From an uncultured Acidimicrobiia bacterium (GTDB lineage: Bacteria > Acidobacteriota > Terriglobia > Versatilivoradales > Versatilivoraceae): 64,000 bases of DNA. Of the stretch, positions 17,392 to 28,737 are shown in pieces. How positions within the stretch are numbered: the first letter of the stretch is position 1; each line of letters starts with the position of its first letter. The position numbers and the translations under genes are program-made. The stretch spans positions 352,001 to 416,000 of the forward strand of contig CAWBAT010000008.1 of the NCBI GenBank assembly GCA_963786955.1, in the 5' to 3' direction. The notes under the pieces were generated by a model. That model saw only the letters and a program-made list of their open reading frames with translations, did no database searches and was not told where the DNA came from.

Positions 17392-18180
17392 ATGCGACAG
17401 CAGACCGTTTCCAGTACAGCAGAAGATTATCTGAAAGCGGTTTTGAGGTTTGAGGACAGGAACGAAAAGGCAAGTACTTCTAAAGTGGCGCGCCATCTGG
17501 ACGTTACCGATGCCACGGTCACGGATATGTTGCGAAAACTGCAGGCCGCCGGGTTGTTGGAGTACACCCCGTACTACGGGGTGTCATTAACGGCCAGAGG
17601 TCGGGGGATCGCGCTGAAAATTCTTCGTCGCCACCGCCTTATCGAGCTATTTTTGAATCAGATCATGGGATACGGCTGGCAGGAGGTCCACGAGGAAGCG
17701 GAAAAGCTGGAACACGCGGTTTCGGATTATTTTGTTGAAAGAATCGATGAGTTGCTGAATCATCCCGCTAAGGACCCCCATGGCGAGGTCATTCCAGATA
17801 TACAGGGTTTTCGAGAAACAGAAAATGACATTTGTCTTGCGTTGGCTGACATCGGCCACTACACCATCAAGAAAGTGATCGACAGCAGCCCTGAACTCTT
17901 GACTTACCTGGATAAGGCGTTGCTAGTGCCAACGCAGACCATCACTCTTTTGGAAAAAGCACCTTTTCAAGGACCTTTGAAACTTCTCTGTTCCGGAAGC
18001 ATGAGCCCCGTCTACATTGGCCTTGAGGTGGCTCAACGCATCTTTGTCCTCCCTTGCGAAAAGCCTCGCAGGTTCGCAAGCCCTTCGAGTGCTGCTTCGA
18101 AAGTGTACCCCGCAGAAAAAAGGACAAAGGACAGCAGTCCGCTCAAAACGGAGCCGCGCCGCAGGAAGTCAGGGAAATAA
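17392..18180 (+). CDS. DtxR/MntR/IdeR family metal-dependent repressor with FeoA-like C-terminal domain
   Basis: EDYLKA, TVTDML, RRHRLIELFL, HEEAEKLEHAVS, DPHGEVIP; AGGAG before ATG 17392. Confidence 0.92.
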   Translation: MRQQTVSSTAEDYLKAVLRFEDRNEKASTSKVARHLDVTDATVTDMLRKLQAAGLLEYTPYYGVSLTARGRGIALKILRRHRLIELFLNQIMGYGWQEVHEEAEKLEHAVSDYFVERIDELLNHPAKDPHGEVIPDIQGFRETENDICLALADIGHYTIKKVIDSSPELLTYLDKALLVPTQTITLLEKAPFQGPLKLLCSGSMSPVYIGLEVAQRIFVLPCEKPRRFASPSSAASKVYPAEKRTKDSSPLKTEPRRRKSGK

Positions 18181-18355
18181 AGGAAGAGGGATCACCGGTT
18201 AAGAGCCCGTTATTGCCTATTATTTAGGATCGGTGAGCGATGGAGTCATTACCCGGTTTCCGCTCAAGTATTTGATGGGTCTCAAGGGCGAGAAGAACTA
18301 TGATGGTTCCTTAACTGAACGCTGAAAGCTCACGGGAGCACTGGTCCAAAAGCCT

Positions 18356-19993
18356 ATGATTTTCAAACAATATTACTTGGGATGTCTGGCGCACGCTTCT
18401 TACTTGATTGCTGATCGGGAAAGCAAGACAGCAGCCGTGGTAGACCCCCAGCGGGACATCGACCAATACCTTGCCGATGCTAAGGCGGAGGGAGTACAGA
18501 TCCGGCATGTCTTCCTCACTCATTTTCATGCCGATTTTGTAGCCGGCCATTTGGAGCTTAGAGACCAAGCCGGGGCCCGAATTTGGCTCGGTTCCAAGGC
18601 CATTGCCGATTACGATTTTACACCGTTGAAGAATGATGATGTCCTCGAGTTTGGCAAGATTCGTTTGCGCATTCTCGAAACTCCCGGTCACTCGGTCGAA
18701 TCCATCTGCATTCTCGTCTATGACAAGGAACACGGGATTGACCGACCGACAGTTGTTTTGACCGGGGATACGCTCTTTGTTGGTGACGTCGGCCGCCCGG
18801 ACCTCCGAGCATCTATGGGATTCTCAGCAGCCCAACTCGGCGGCATGCTCTATGAATCCTTGCACAGCAAACTCCTCACTCTCCCGGACGAGACTCTGGT
18901 GTATCCCGCCCATGGCGCCGGTTCGTTGTGCGGGAAGAATCTGAGTACGGAAACTTTTTCAACAATCGGATTGCAACGGCAATACAATTATGCGGTTCAG
19001 CCCATGACCCAAGAGGAGTTTATCCAAATCGTCACAGCCGACCAGCCTGAGGCTCCTCCGTACTTCACCTTCGATGCCATTCTGAACACCAAGGAGCATC
19101 AGACCCTGGAGAAAACTCTGGAGAAGGAATTGAACCCGCTCAGCCTCGAACGAGTTCTCCAGTTGGCATCAGCGGGTGCCCAAATTGTGGATGTGAGAGA
19201 CTCTTCCGAGTTTGCTGCTTCGCATCTGAAGGGAAGTATCAACATCGGATTGGGTGGGCAGTTTGCCAGTTGGGCAGGAACGATCCTCAAGCGTGACGCC
19301 CAGATTGTGCTAGTCGCTTCTCCAGGCAGGGAAAAGGAAGCCGCCACCCGTTTGGGTCGGATTGGTTATGACTTCGTAGCGGGATATCTGGAAGGAGGAA
19401 TGGAAGCGGTAAGCAACCAACCTGAAGCTCTCCAACTTCTATTACGGATTTCCGCGACAACGCTCGCTGAAGAGCTGGCTTCACCCCATCCCCCTGTCAT
19501 CATTGACGTCCGGACGGAGCAGGAGCGCCGGGAAAAGCGGATTGAGCCAAGTCTTCACTTCCCATTGACCCACCTGTGGGAAAGAGTCGGCGAAATCCCG
19601 TTGAATCGAAGCCTTGTGGTCCATTGCGCCGGCGGATACCGCTCGGCTCTTGCCGCAAGTTTATTGATGCGTTCCGGAATTGGCGACGTCAGAGATCTCC
19701 TGGGTGGCATTGCTGCCTGGGAAAAGTCGGGGTTTTCGGTCTTGGGCACAAAAGGCAAAATGAATGCAACCACGGAACCGACGGACTATTCCGAAAGGAC
19801 TGTCGATGTGGCAGGAGGGAAGGTCCTCCTCACCAGTTATGGACTGGGCGATAAATACCATTGCAAAGCGGACGATGTCGGGCCGGGGACCTGCCTAGCC
19901 CGAGCAGAAGGGGCCACGAAGGAAGACGCTGAGCAAAATGCAATCGGCAAAGCGCAGGAACACCTTGCCCGAAAGCGGCAATTATCCATATAA
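18356..19993 (+). CDS. MBL-fold persulfide dioxygenase-like protein fused to two rhodanese domains plus a ~75-aa extra C-terminal domain
   Basis: CLAHASY, THFHADF, TPGH, GDVGRPDL, PAHGAGSLCG; rhodanese active site HCAGGYRS in the second copy only. Confidence 0.9.
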   Translation: MIFKQYYLGCLAHASYLIADRESKTAAVVDPQRDIDQYLADAKAEGVQIRHVFLTHFHADFVAGHLELRDQAGARIWLGSKAIADYDFTPLKNDDVLEFGKIRLRILETPGHSVESICILVYDKEHGIDRPTVVLTGDTLFVGDVGRPDLRASMGFSAAQLGGMLYESLHSKLLTLPDETLVYPAHGAGSLCGKNLSTETFSTIGLQRQYNYAVQPMTQEEFIQIVTADQPEAPPYFTFDAILNTKEHQTLEKTLEKELNPLSLERVLQLASAGAQIVDVRDSSEFAASHLKGSINIGLGGQFASWAGTILKRDAQIVLVASPGREKEAATRLGRIGYDFVAGYLEGGMEAVSNQPEALQLLLRISATTLAEELASPHPPVIIDVRTEQERREKRIEPSLHFPLTHLWERVGEIPLNRSLVVHCAGGYRSALAASLLMRSGIGDVRDLLGGIAAWEKSGFSVLGTKGKMNATTEPTDYSERTVDVAGGKVLLTSYGLGDKYHCKADDVGPGTCLARAEGATKEDAEQNAIGKAQEHLARKRQLSI

Positions 19994-20294
19994 GACAGAC
20001 CGTCCTTAGAAAAATATTCTGCCTTTTTTCCGTGGGCCTCGGGAGATGAGTAGACTGTGGAAACCATTCCTTGCCCAACGATCTCGGGTGTGTCGAGCTG
20101 CAGTGAAGTTCGGATCACCTTCCTCTTCTGAAGACACTCTGCATATCCACTGCGCACAAATTTCACCGGAACATTACACTCTGGCAGCCCCCCCGGTTGT
20201 CGTCGATTTGACAAGTTTTCGCTATCAAGTGAAAATGAAAGGTGCGGTTGTATTCTTCAGCCCCGCCTGTTTAGTTTAGGAGAGATGTTTTTCA

Positions 20295-21410
20295 ATGGAC
20301 AAACTAAGAAACCCGATTCTAAAGATCCGTTTACGCTTGAGCACGGGCTGGCTTATTTTTTTCCTTTTACTCGTTTCCGCCCTCAGTTCTCAATTTGCCT
20401 CCGAATTCCCACACTGGAGCCGGGTAAGCCACTGGGTTGTTGGAATCTCAGCCAGTTTGCTATTCCTAGGTTCTATTCTTTTGCATGAATTGTCTCACGT
20501 GGGAGTAGCCCGAATCTTGGGGCTGCCCACGCCCAAGCTCTCATTTCTATCTTTCCGCGTGACTTCCCAGTTAATGGTGGATGTCCGCAAGCCTGATCAA
20601 CGAGCTGCTGATCGCTGGAGCCGGTCCGGCCAGCAGTTTTGCTTTAACCGTTTTATTTTATCTGGCCTGGGTCCTGGTAAAAGGCCAGTCTGAAATGATT
20701 GGTGCCTTGACCGAATGGTTCGCTCAAATGAATTTGATTTTGGCATTCTTCAACTTGGTGCCAGGGTTTCCTCTTGACGGGGGCAGGATATTGCGAGCTG
20801 TCTTATGGATGCTCACCGACAACTTCTCTAAAGCGACTCGGATGACTGCGGCAACCGGAAAGGGGGCGGCCGGGTTATTTTTTGCAGGGACAATGGCACT
20901 GGTGTTATTGGAGCAGTTCGTTTTCGCTATTTGGATTGGACTGGTAGGATGGTTTCTGTGGGTTTCGAGTAAGCAGGTGGCTCAGCTAGGCCGGATTCGC
21001 GATTCGCTTGAAGGCTTGACAGCCGGAGATCTGATGGTGCGAGACTGTCCCCGTGTGTCCCCACGGCTTCCTCTGAAGTCCTTTAGTGAACACATCCTGG
21101 CGAATTGGAACAGGATAGCGTGCTCGTCCTCGAAGGGGACCTCCTCCAGGGCATCGTGACCCCTTATGAGATGGGCAAACTTCCGCAGGAGCGATGGGAA
21201 AATTCCTTTGTGGAAGATATTATGATCCCATTGGCTCAATTGCGCTGGGTAGGCCCCGAACACAACATTCTCCGGATCCTTGAAAACATGGATCGCGAAG
21301 AGATTCATCATGTGCCGGTCGTGCGACAGGGAAACCTCCTCGGCGTCTTGGGCAGGCACGAAATTTACGCCCGATTGCGACCCAAGTCCAAGGGACACCC
21401 AATTGAAAAT
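20295..21410 (+). CDS. Site-2 protease (M50) with CBS pair; two or more apparent frameshifts, 3' end approximate
   Basis: LLHELSH, AGP, FNLVPGFPLDGGR, then CBS segments AGDLM..C, VEDIM..L and HVPVV..G.LLGV. Confidence 0.8.
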
Positions 21411-22721
21411 TTGAATCGTCTCCTCTTGAAACGCCTTTCCTCAATTCTCCTCCTGTTCGTTGTTTCCTTCGCCTTGTCGCCCTTATGGGCCGATGGATAT
21501 GTGGATTATCAGCATCGCCTGAATCCCCACTTCCAAAAGGTAGCCCGCAAAGAAACTCGCTATATTATTGTCCATTCTACCGAGAGTCGATTACCTAGTG
21601 CATTACGGACGCTATCCCGAGGGAAAATCAGACATGGACGCTACATTACCCATGGAGGCCACGCCCATTTTCTGGTGGCAAGAAGCGGAACGGTCTACCG
21701 TATATCTAGATTCCAAGTATTGGGCGAATCATGCCGGCGTGAGCATGTGGGAAGGGTTTGAAGATCTGAGCGACTATTCCGTAGGGATTGAATTGGAGGG
21801 TTATTACAATGTTCCTTTCAGCGAAGAACAATATAAGTCATTGCGTCGGCTGATCAGGCAACTCGAGGAAAAATATCAGATTGATGATCAGCGAGTTCTT
21901 GAGCACTATCGAGTCGCTTATTCCGGACCCAATCGTTACCACAAATCAAATCAACGTGGCCGTAAATTGGACCCTGGCCCCGGGAAATTTCGATCGGCGA
22001 AGAGCCGGATTGAAGGAAATGCCGCAGAAAGATCCAGATGTCATTGCAGGGCGCATTCGAGAAAGCCCAATGTTAATGAAAGCTTCTGGAACGACATATC
22101 CCGTGTGCGAGATGATATTGAGGAGGATGAGGGCTCTGCCGAAGTTTCAGAAGAATTCAAGGTCAGGAAATTGCCCGCGGACAGACAGCCTGGCAAATTG
22201 CCAGATCGCAATACAATGCTCCTACCACGCTTTACAAACTACCCAATGGCACAACTTTGCGCGGAGATCAGGTTGATCACTGGTCCAAATTGGTTCCCGG
22301 AACAGAGGTTCAACTCGGAGTGGCGATGACCCCAGCGGTGACTCAGGGAGAAGAGTCCGCCTCGACCGTTCAGGAGGAAGCAAGGTTTCCGGTCACAAGT
22401 GGGACCAACACGCCATGGAAAATCGCGAATGCCCTCTACCGGTCGTCCTTTACATACTATCTATTTCCCGACGGGCGCATTCGTTCAGGCAATTCGATGA
22501 CCGAGAAATTTCAGGTTCCGAACGGAACTAAAGTGCTTGTAGCTTATCGTGAAATTGGCAGGCCCCGAACCAAGAATCAAAATGGGGAGGACTTGCGGGA
22601 AATCTATTTAGATTCCCACACTCTCTACGTCTCTCCGGACAGGAACATCCAATCGGGGGACCAGGTCGAAGATTTTAGCAAACTTCCCGCGGGCTCGAGG
22701 GTGTTTGCAAAACTGGACTGA
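21411..22721 (+). CDS. N-acetylmuramoyl-L-alanine amidase (Amidase_2) with C-terminal repeats; several apparent frameshifts, start approximate
   Basis: Signal-like SILLLFVVSFALSPLWA, IIVHSTE, AHFLV, ANHAG..W, SVGIELEG, VLEH, KLDPG spread across three frames. Confidence 0.8.
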
Positions 22722-23081
22722 TGCAGGGGCCTCATCTTCACGATTAGAAAGCGTATCCGCTGCGGATCATTTCTGTACCCAGCTTGGCAAAGCTCAAGCG
22801 GTTGGCCGAGTTCCTCTCATCCTTCTAAGATCGACCTTTATTAGATCCGCCGGAAAAGCAAGGACGGATGTCCTTCGCCATCCGTTCATCTAATCTGGCA
22901 TCAATGAAGAATCTGCAAGGAATGTTAGAACTCGAGGCCTGTTGCAGCTAACCCTGCTCCGTTCCTTCTTCCCCGACTCCCTGGAAATTATGTTATAGTT
23001 CAAATTTTCACAAGGCGGTTGAGAGGTGCATAGGCCCCCTTCGAATCGACTGAGTTCCATCTTAAATGAAAGGCATACTTT

Positions 23082-24230
23082 ATGTATAAAGAACGACTGT
23101 TCACGCCCGGTCCTACCCAGTTGCTGCCGGCGGTTCAAACAGCAATGGCACAGCCGATCGTGCACCACCGCACCGAAGAATTCAGAAATATATTCAAAGA
23201 AGTTCTAGATGGTCTGAAGTATATCTATAACACGCAAAATGATGTGATCTGTTTTGCGGCATCCGGGACTGGAGCAATGGAAGGGGCTGTCGTTAACCTG
23301 TTGAATCCCGGGGACAAGGCCATAGTGGTGAGCGCGGGGAAATTTGGTGAACGGTGGACCGCTTTGTGCAGAGCATTTGATATTGATGCCCGCGTCATAT
23401 CGATACCCTATGGGGAGGCTGTTGACCCCGAGCAAGTGGGTGCGATGTTAAAGCAACATCCGGACTGCCGGGCAGTTTTTGTCCAATATTCTGAAAGCTC
23501 CACCGGAGCCCGCCACGATGTGAAGGCATTGGGCAAGATCGTGCATGACTCCCCCAATGCGGTGCTGGTTGTGGATGCGATCACCGGTTTGGGAGTCATG
23601 GAAATGCCCGTGGACGAATGGCATCTAGACGTGGTAGTCGGGGGATCGCAGAAAGCCCTGATGCTTCCGCCGGGATTAGCTTTCGCCAGCGTGAGCGAAA
23701 AAGCGTGGGCGCGGATTGAGAGCACGAAGTCAAAGAAGTATTACTTTGACTATGCCAAGGAGCGGAAAAACAATCTCAAGGGAGAGTCTTCCTATACGCC
23801 AGCCATAACTCTCATCATGGCGGCGAGAGAAGCCATCAAACATGTCCGCTGTGTTGGACGCGATAATCTGATTCGAAATGCGGGGCTCCTGGCCTCGGCC
23901 ACCCGTTCAGCCGCAAAGGCCCTCGGATTGAAGCTGTTTGCCGAAAGGTCACCAAGTGATGCGCTGACAGCAATCTGCTCCCCCGAAGGGATGGATTCAG
24001 GAACCATTATTAAGGAATTTAAGAAGAATTTTGGCGCAACAGTTGCGAATGGCCAAGGTGAGATGAAGGGCCAGCTCTTTCGAATTGCCCACCTGGGGTA
24101 CTACGATTTTATCGACACTGTGGCGGTCATTGCCTGTCTGGAGATCATTCTGAAAAAAATCGGTTTCCCCGTTGCCTTGGGAACGGGGGTCAAAGCTGCA
24201 CAGGAAGTCTACCTAAGAGATCAGTCCTAA
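23082..24230 (+). CDS. Class V PLP aminotransferase (serine-pyruvate type; probably the phosphoserine aminotransferase here)
   Basis: LFTPGPT, SGTGAME, ESSTG, VDAIT, GSQKALMLPPG, FRIAHLG; directly upstream of serA. Confidence 0.88.
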   Translation: MYKERLFTPGPTQLLPAVQTAMAQPIVHHRTEEFRNIFKEVLDGLKYIYNTQNDVICFAASGTGAMEGAVVNLLNPGDKAIVVSAGKFGERWTALCRAFDIDARVISIPYGEAVDPEQVGAMLKQHPDCRAVFVQYSESSTGARHDVKALGKIVHDSPNAVLVVDAITGLGVMEMPVDEWHLDVVVGGSQKALMLPPGLAFASVSEKAWARIESTKSKKYYFDYAKERKNNLKGESSYTPAITLIMAAREAIKHVRCVGRDNLIRNAGLLASATRSAAKALGLKLFAERSPSDALTAICSPEGMDSGTIIKEFKKNFGATVANGQGEMKGQLFRIAHLGYYDFIDTVAVIACLEIILKKIGFPVALGTGVKAAQEVYLRDQS

Positions 24231-24253
24231 ATTAAGAAATATATTGTGGTGAC

Positions 24254-25837
24254 ATGAAAATACTCATTAGCGACAAGCTTTCAGCGCGGGGCATTGATTT
24301 GCTCAAACAGCAGGCTCAATGGCAGGTAGATGTCAAGACAGGTCTCACACCAGACCAACTTTTACAGGAGATTGGCCAGTACGATGCGCTTTTGGTGCGC
24401 AGCAATACAAAGGTCACGGCGAAATTAATCCAAGCCGCCGACAAGATGAAAGTGATCGGACGTGCAGGAACAGGGGTGGATAACATTAATTTGGAGTCTG
24501 CCACGAATCGGGGAATTGTCGTTATGAATACCCCGGGAGGGAATAGCATCAGTGTGGCGGAGCTTGCAGTTGGGCTCATGCTCGCCATAGCGCGTCACGT
24601 CGGTCCGGCCAGCACCTCGACGAAGCTCGGGAAATGGGACAAGAAGAGTTATGCCGGGTTCGAGTTAAAAGACAAAACACTTGGGATCGTCGGATTCGGA
24701 AAAATTGGGATGGAGGTGGCTAAACGCGCCAAATCCTTTCAGATGAATCTGCTGGTCTACGACCCTTACGTGTCAGACCGGCTCGCTCAGGATTTGAACG
24801 TCCAGTTGGTGCCGTTAGAACAACTCCTTAGTCATTCCGATATCATCACCCTTCATGTGCCATCCCTGGATTCTACTCGAAATATGATTAATGGGCAGTC
24901 TATTGAGCGCATGAAGAAAGGGGTTTACCTGATTAATACCGCCCGAGGTGATCTCATCAGCGAAACCGATCTGCTGGCTGGCCTGGAAAGCGGCAAAATT
25001 GCGGGGGCGGCGCTTGACGTGTTCTCCGTGGAACCCCCCAATCCCGATCACCCGCTAGTGCGGCATCCACGGGTCATTGCGACTCCCCATATTGCTGCCT
25101 CGACCGCGGAAGCTCAAGAGGTAGTGGGCGTTGAAATTGCCCAACAAGTGCGTGATTTTCTGAAGGATGGCATCATCCGGAATGCAGTCAATTTTCCTTC
25201 GGTTTCTTTCGATGAGTACAAGAAGATCGGACCTTTCTTGCAGCTGGGGGAAAAATTGGGTTCATTCCTCTCTCAGATTTGTGAAGGACGCATGAATGAG
25301 GTGGGGATTCGGTATTATGGGGAGGCGAGTGACATCAGCAATCAATTGATTGCCAATTCCATCGTCCTGGGCATCTTGCAACCGATCTTGGGTGAAAGCG
25401 TCAACCTTGTCAATGCTCGCAAGATTCTCGACGATCGAGGGATTGTATTGATCGAATCTCGTAGTCCCCGCGTACGCAGTTACTCCAACTTGATCTCCTT
25501 GAGACTCAAAACAGATGTGCGCGAGGAATGGATTGAAGGAACCGTTCTTTCGCAGGGCAACATTCGTTTGGTTTCCCTTGATGGCATTGACATTGAGGCA
25601 CCATTGCATGGAACGATGCTTCATATCCGAAACAATGATACGCCCGGAGTGATCGGCCAAGTCGGAACCTTGTTGGGAAATAATCAAATTAATATTGCCA
25701 ACTTTGCGTTAGGGCGAGGGGAAAACCACCACGCGGTCGGTGTGGTGAATGTCGATAGCCCGATTACCGAAGCTCTCCTGACTCAGATCCGTGCCTGCTC
25801 TAGTATTCAGTATGCGCGAGTCGTTCAGCTGAAATGA
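24254..25837 (+). CDS. serA: D-3-phosphoglycerate dehydrogenase (long form, ASB + ACT)
   Basis: GRAGTGVDNI, GFGKIG, INTARG, ALDVF..EP, TPHIAAST.EAQ, ACT NNDTPGVIG. Confidence 0.95.
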   Translation: MKILISDKLSARGIDLLKQQAQWQVDVKTGLTPDQLLQEIGQYDALLVRSNTKVTAKLIQAADKMKVIGRAGTGVDNINLESATNRGIVVMNTPGGNSISVAELAVGLMLAIARHVGPASTSTKLGKWDKKSYAGFELKDKTLGIVGFGKIGMEVAKRAKSFQMNLLVYDPYVSDRLAQDLNVQLVPLEQLLSHSDIITLHVPSLDSTRNMINGQSIERMKKGVYLINTARGDLISETDLLAGLESGKIAGAALDVFSVEPPNPDHPLVRHPRVIATPHIAASTAEAQEVVGVEIAQQVRDFLKDGIIRNAVNFPSVSFDEYKKIGPFLQLGEKLGSFLSQICEGRMNEVGIRYYGEASDISNQLIANSIVLGILQPILGESVNLVNARKILDDRGIVLIESRSPRVRSYSNLISLRLKTDVREEWIEGTVLSQGNIRLVSLDGIDIEAPLHGTMLHIRNNDTPGVIGQVGTLLGNNQINIANFALGRGENHHAVGVVNVDSPITEALLTQIRACSSIQYARVVQLK

Positions 25838-26192
25838 AAGCTGCAGAATTGAGTAAACATTGACGCACGGATTACACAAATAGCGGTCTCCACAAGCCAA
25901 TCACCCATAACCCGTCCGCAATAAGTGCACGAGGCTTCACCTGACGGATGCCTGGCGCCTCTCTTTGTTACATCGTTCCTGTCTTCCAGCGTTCCCCGCG
26001 TTGCCAAGGAGCTCTGAATTCAAATGGTTCCGCTACTCTACTGTTTCTGTCTTCCCCCGGTGGTGAGAAATCCGGGCTAACTCCTCCAGCTAACTCCAAT
26101 TGAGACAAGTCCCTCTAAGGAAGGGAATTCAAACCATCCGCGTTTGAAGCGGGTGGCATGAATCTCCCGGGAGGAAATTTCCCGTAAACCTC

Positions 26193-26221
26193 TTGAAATA
26201 GGGGAGGGGGGTATATATACT
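26193..26221 (+). promoter_or_regulatory. Sigma-70 promoter of copA with a CsoR-type G-tract operator in the spacer
   Basis: TTGAAA (26193-26198), 17-nt spacer, TATACT (26216-26221); ATA-GGGGAGGGGGG-TAT overlaps the spacer. Confidence 0.7.
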
Positions 26222-26294
26222 GTATGGGAGAAGGGGTCGGTGTGGATTGCAACGGAATTGTTGGATAAAATGAAAAAGTACAATTCCCAAGTTG

Positions 26295-28668
26295 ATGGAT
26301 AAGACGACAAAAGTTCCGGAAAAACTCAGTATTGCCGTGAGTGGAATGACTTGCTCGGCCTGCCAGGCTCACGTTCAGCACGCGCTTGAGCAACAGCCAG
26401 GGGTGATCGATGCTTCTGTGAATTTGATGATGCAACAGGCAGCCGTCACGTTTGATCCGGAAGTGACCTCGCCGGAGTTGCTGGTTGGGGCCATTCAAGC
26501 TTCCGGCTATGGTGCGGAGCTCCCTGTGCTTGGCCGGAGCGCGATTGAAGAGCAAGAGGCTCTCGAAAAAAAACAGGAAGATGAGTTTGTCGAGCTGCGC
26601 CGAAAATCGGTGACTAGTGTCATCGCCGGAGTCATCGCCATGTTGGTTTCAACGCCTCTGATGACTCGAACGGAGCAAGCGCAACATCTCAGGGACCCTG
26701 CTCATGGCATGGGTTTCCACCATTTTTTCTCCTTGGCTCCAAAGAGGCTTTCCCTGGCTCTACGTCATTGACCTCACCATTCTTTCGTATTTTCTACTGG
26801 CTTTAACTACAGGCGTCCTGCTCTGGGCGGGTCGTCGATTTTACACCAGAGCCTGGGCAGCCGTTCGAGCCCGGAATGCTGACATGAACGTTCTGGTGGC
26901 ACTGGGGACGGGAGCTGCCTTTCTTTTCTCCGCGGCCGCCACTCTTGTTCCGCAGTTCTTTCTCTCTCACGGCATAGCGCCGGATCTTTATTATGAAGCG
27001 GTGATTCTAATCATTGCTCTGGTCCTTGTTGGAAATACCTTGGAGGCGCGAGCGAAGCGGCAAACCTCGGCGGCCCTTCGAAAATTGGCGGCCCTCCGCC
27101 CGGATACGGCCAGAGTTCTTCGGAACGGCGAGACAGAGGAGGTTCCGGTAGAACAAGTTCTGGCAGGGGATATCGTGTTGGTTCATCCGGGCGAGAGGAT
27201 TCCCGTGGACGGATGCGTCGTTTCCGGGGGAAGCAGCGTGAATGAGTCCATGCTGACCGGAGAATCCCTGCCGGTGGAGAAAAGAACCGGAGACCCGGTG
27301 ATTGGCGGTACCGTGAACCTGCAGGGTGCTTTCCGCTATCAGGTCACCCGGCTGGGTGAAGCGAGCGTTTTGGCACAAATTGTCCGATTGACGAGAGAGG
27401 CTCAAGGATCCCGGGCACCCGTCCAGCGTCTAGCTGACCGTGTCAGTCGCGTGTTCGTGCCGGTGGTCCTTTTCATGGCTGTTCTAGTTTTTGTCCTATG
27501 GTCTCTTGCCGGCGGGAGTGGATGCCCTGGCCAAAGCATTGACAGCGGCCGTTTCGGTTCTCATTATTGCTTGCCCGTGCGCCATGGGATTGGCCGTGCC
27601 CACAGCACTGATGGTGGCTGCCGGTAAGGCGGCTGAAGTTGGGATTCTCTTTAAAGGCGGGGAGGCGCTCCAACGCGCCCAGAATGTTGACACCATTGTT
27701 CTGGATAAGACTGGGACAGTGACAGAAGGAAAGGTTCAGATTACGGACGTCATCCTTGCTCCACGAAGTCAGGAAGCCGGGCCCGCTCTGACGGAGTCTG
27801 GTTTGTTGGTTCTCGCCGGGTCGATCGAGAACCACTCCGAACATCCCTTGGCGAGCGCGATTGTCGATTATGCCAGGAATCGAGGGTTATCGAACTTACC
27901 GAACCGGAACAGTTCAGAGCGATTCCAGGGATGGGAGCCGAAGGGAAAGTGTCAGGAGATTGGGTAGCCATTGGAAATCTCAGTTTGATGAGGTCCTTGG
28001 GGATCAACCTGGATTCCCTAAGAAAAGAAGTCAGGAGCCTTTCGGGGGCAGGGAAAACCACTGTCCTTATCGCTGTGAATGGGCGACTGGTGGGTGCAAT
28101 TGCAGCTGCAGACCGCCTCAAAACGAGTGCCCAGGAAGCTGTCGCCCAACTCCGGCACCTGGGACTGAAAGTGGTTTTGCTCACAGGCGACAACTTAGCG
28201 ACTGCCACGGCGATTGCCGGCCAGTTGGGGATCCCAGATTTTGTGGCTGAGGTATTGCCGGATGGCAAAGTGGATGAGATCAAGCGGTTACAGCGATCGG
28301 GGAAAGTGGTTGCGATGGTAGGGGATGGAATTAACGATGCTCCAGCTCTCGCCCAGTCTGATGTGGGCATCGCCATTGGAACGGGAACGGATATTGCTCT
28401 TGAGGCCAGTGATATCACCTTGCTCCGGGACAATCTCAATGGGGTCGCCACTTCCATCCGGCTTTCACGGCAAACCATGCGCGTCATGAAACAAAATCTC
28501 TTCTGGGCCTTTTTCTATAATGTGGTTGCCATTCCCGTCGCCGCTGGCGCGCTTTATCCGCCCTTTGGAATTTTTCTGAGTCCCGTCTGGGCCAGCGCGG
28601 CGATGGCTTTTAGCTCCTTTAGCGTGGTGATGAACAGTTTGCGTCTGAGAAGATTTCGCTCGGATTAG
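26295..28668 (+). CDS. copA: Cu(I)-translocating P1B-1 ATPase (three apparent frameshifts)
   Basis: [38 protein letters not shown] and MAFSS motifs over four ORFs. Confidence 0.9.
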
Positions 28669-28737
28669 TCTCAAGGTAATTGGATTTCTGGAAAAGCAGC
28701 CGTTTCGCCTGCTTCCAGTGAAGACGAGAAATGGAAA

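Noticed and set aside
21105-21761. Apparent in-frame CBS-amidase fusion
   Set aside because: An internal signal peptide and numerous local indels indicate two adjacent genes joined by an error or a lost stop.
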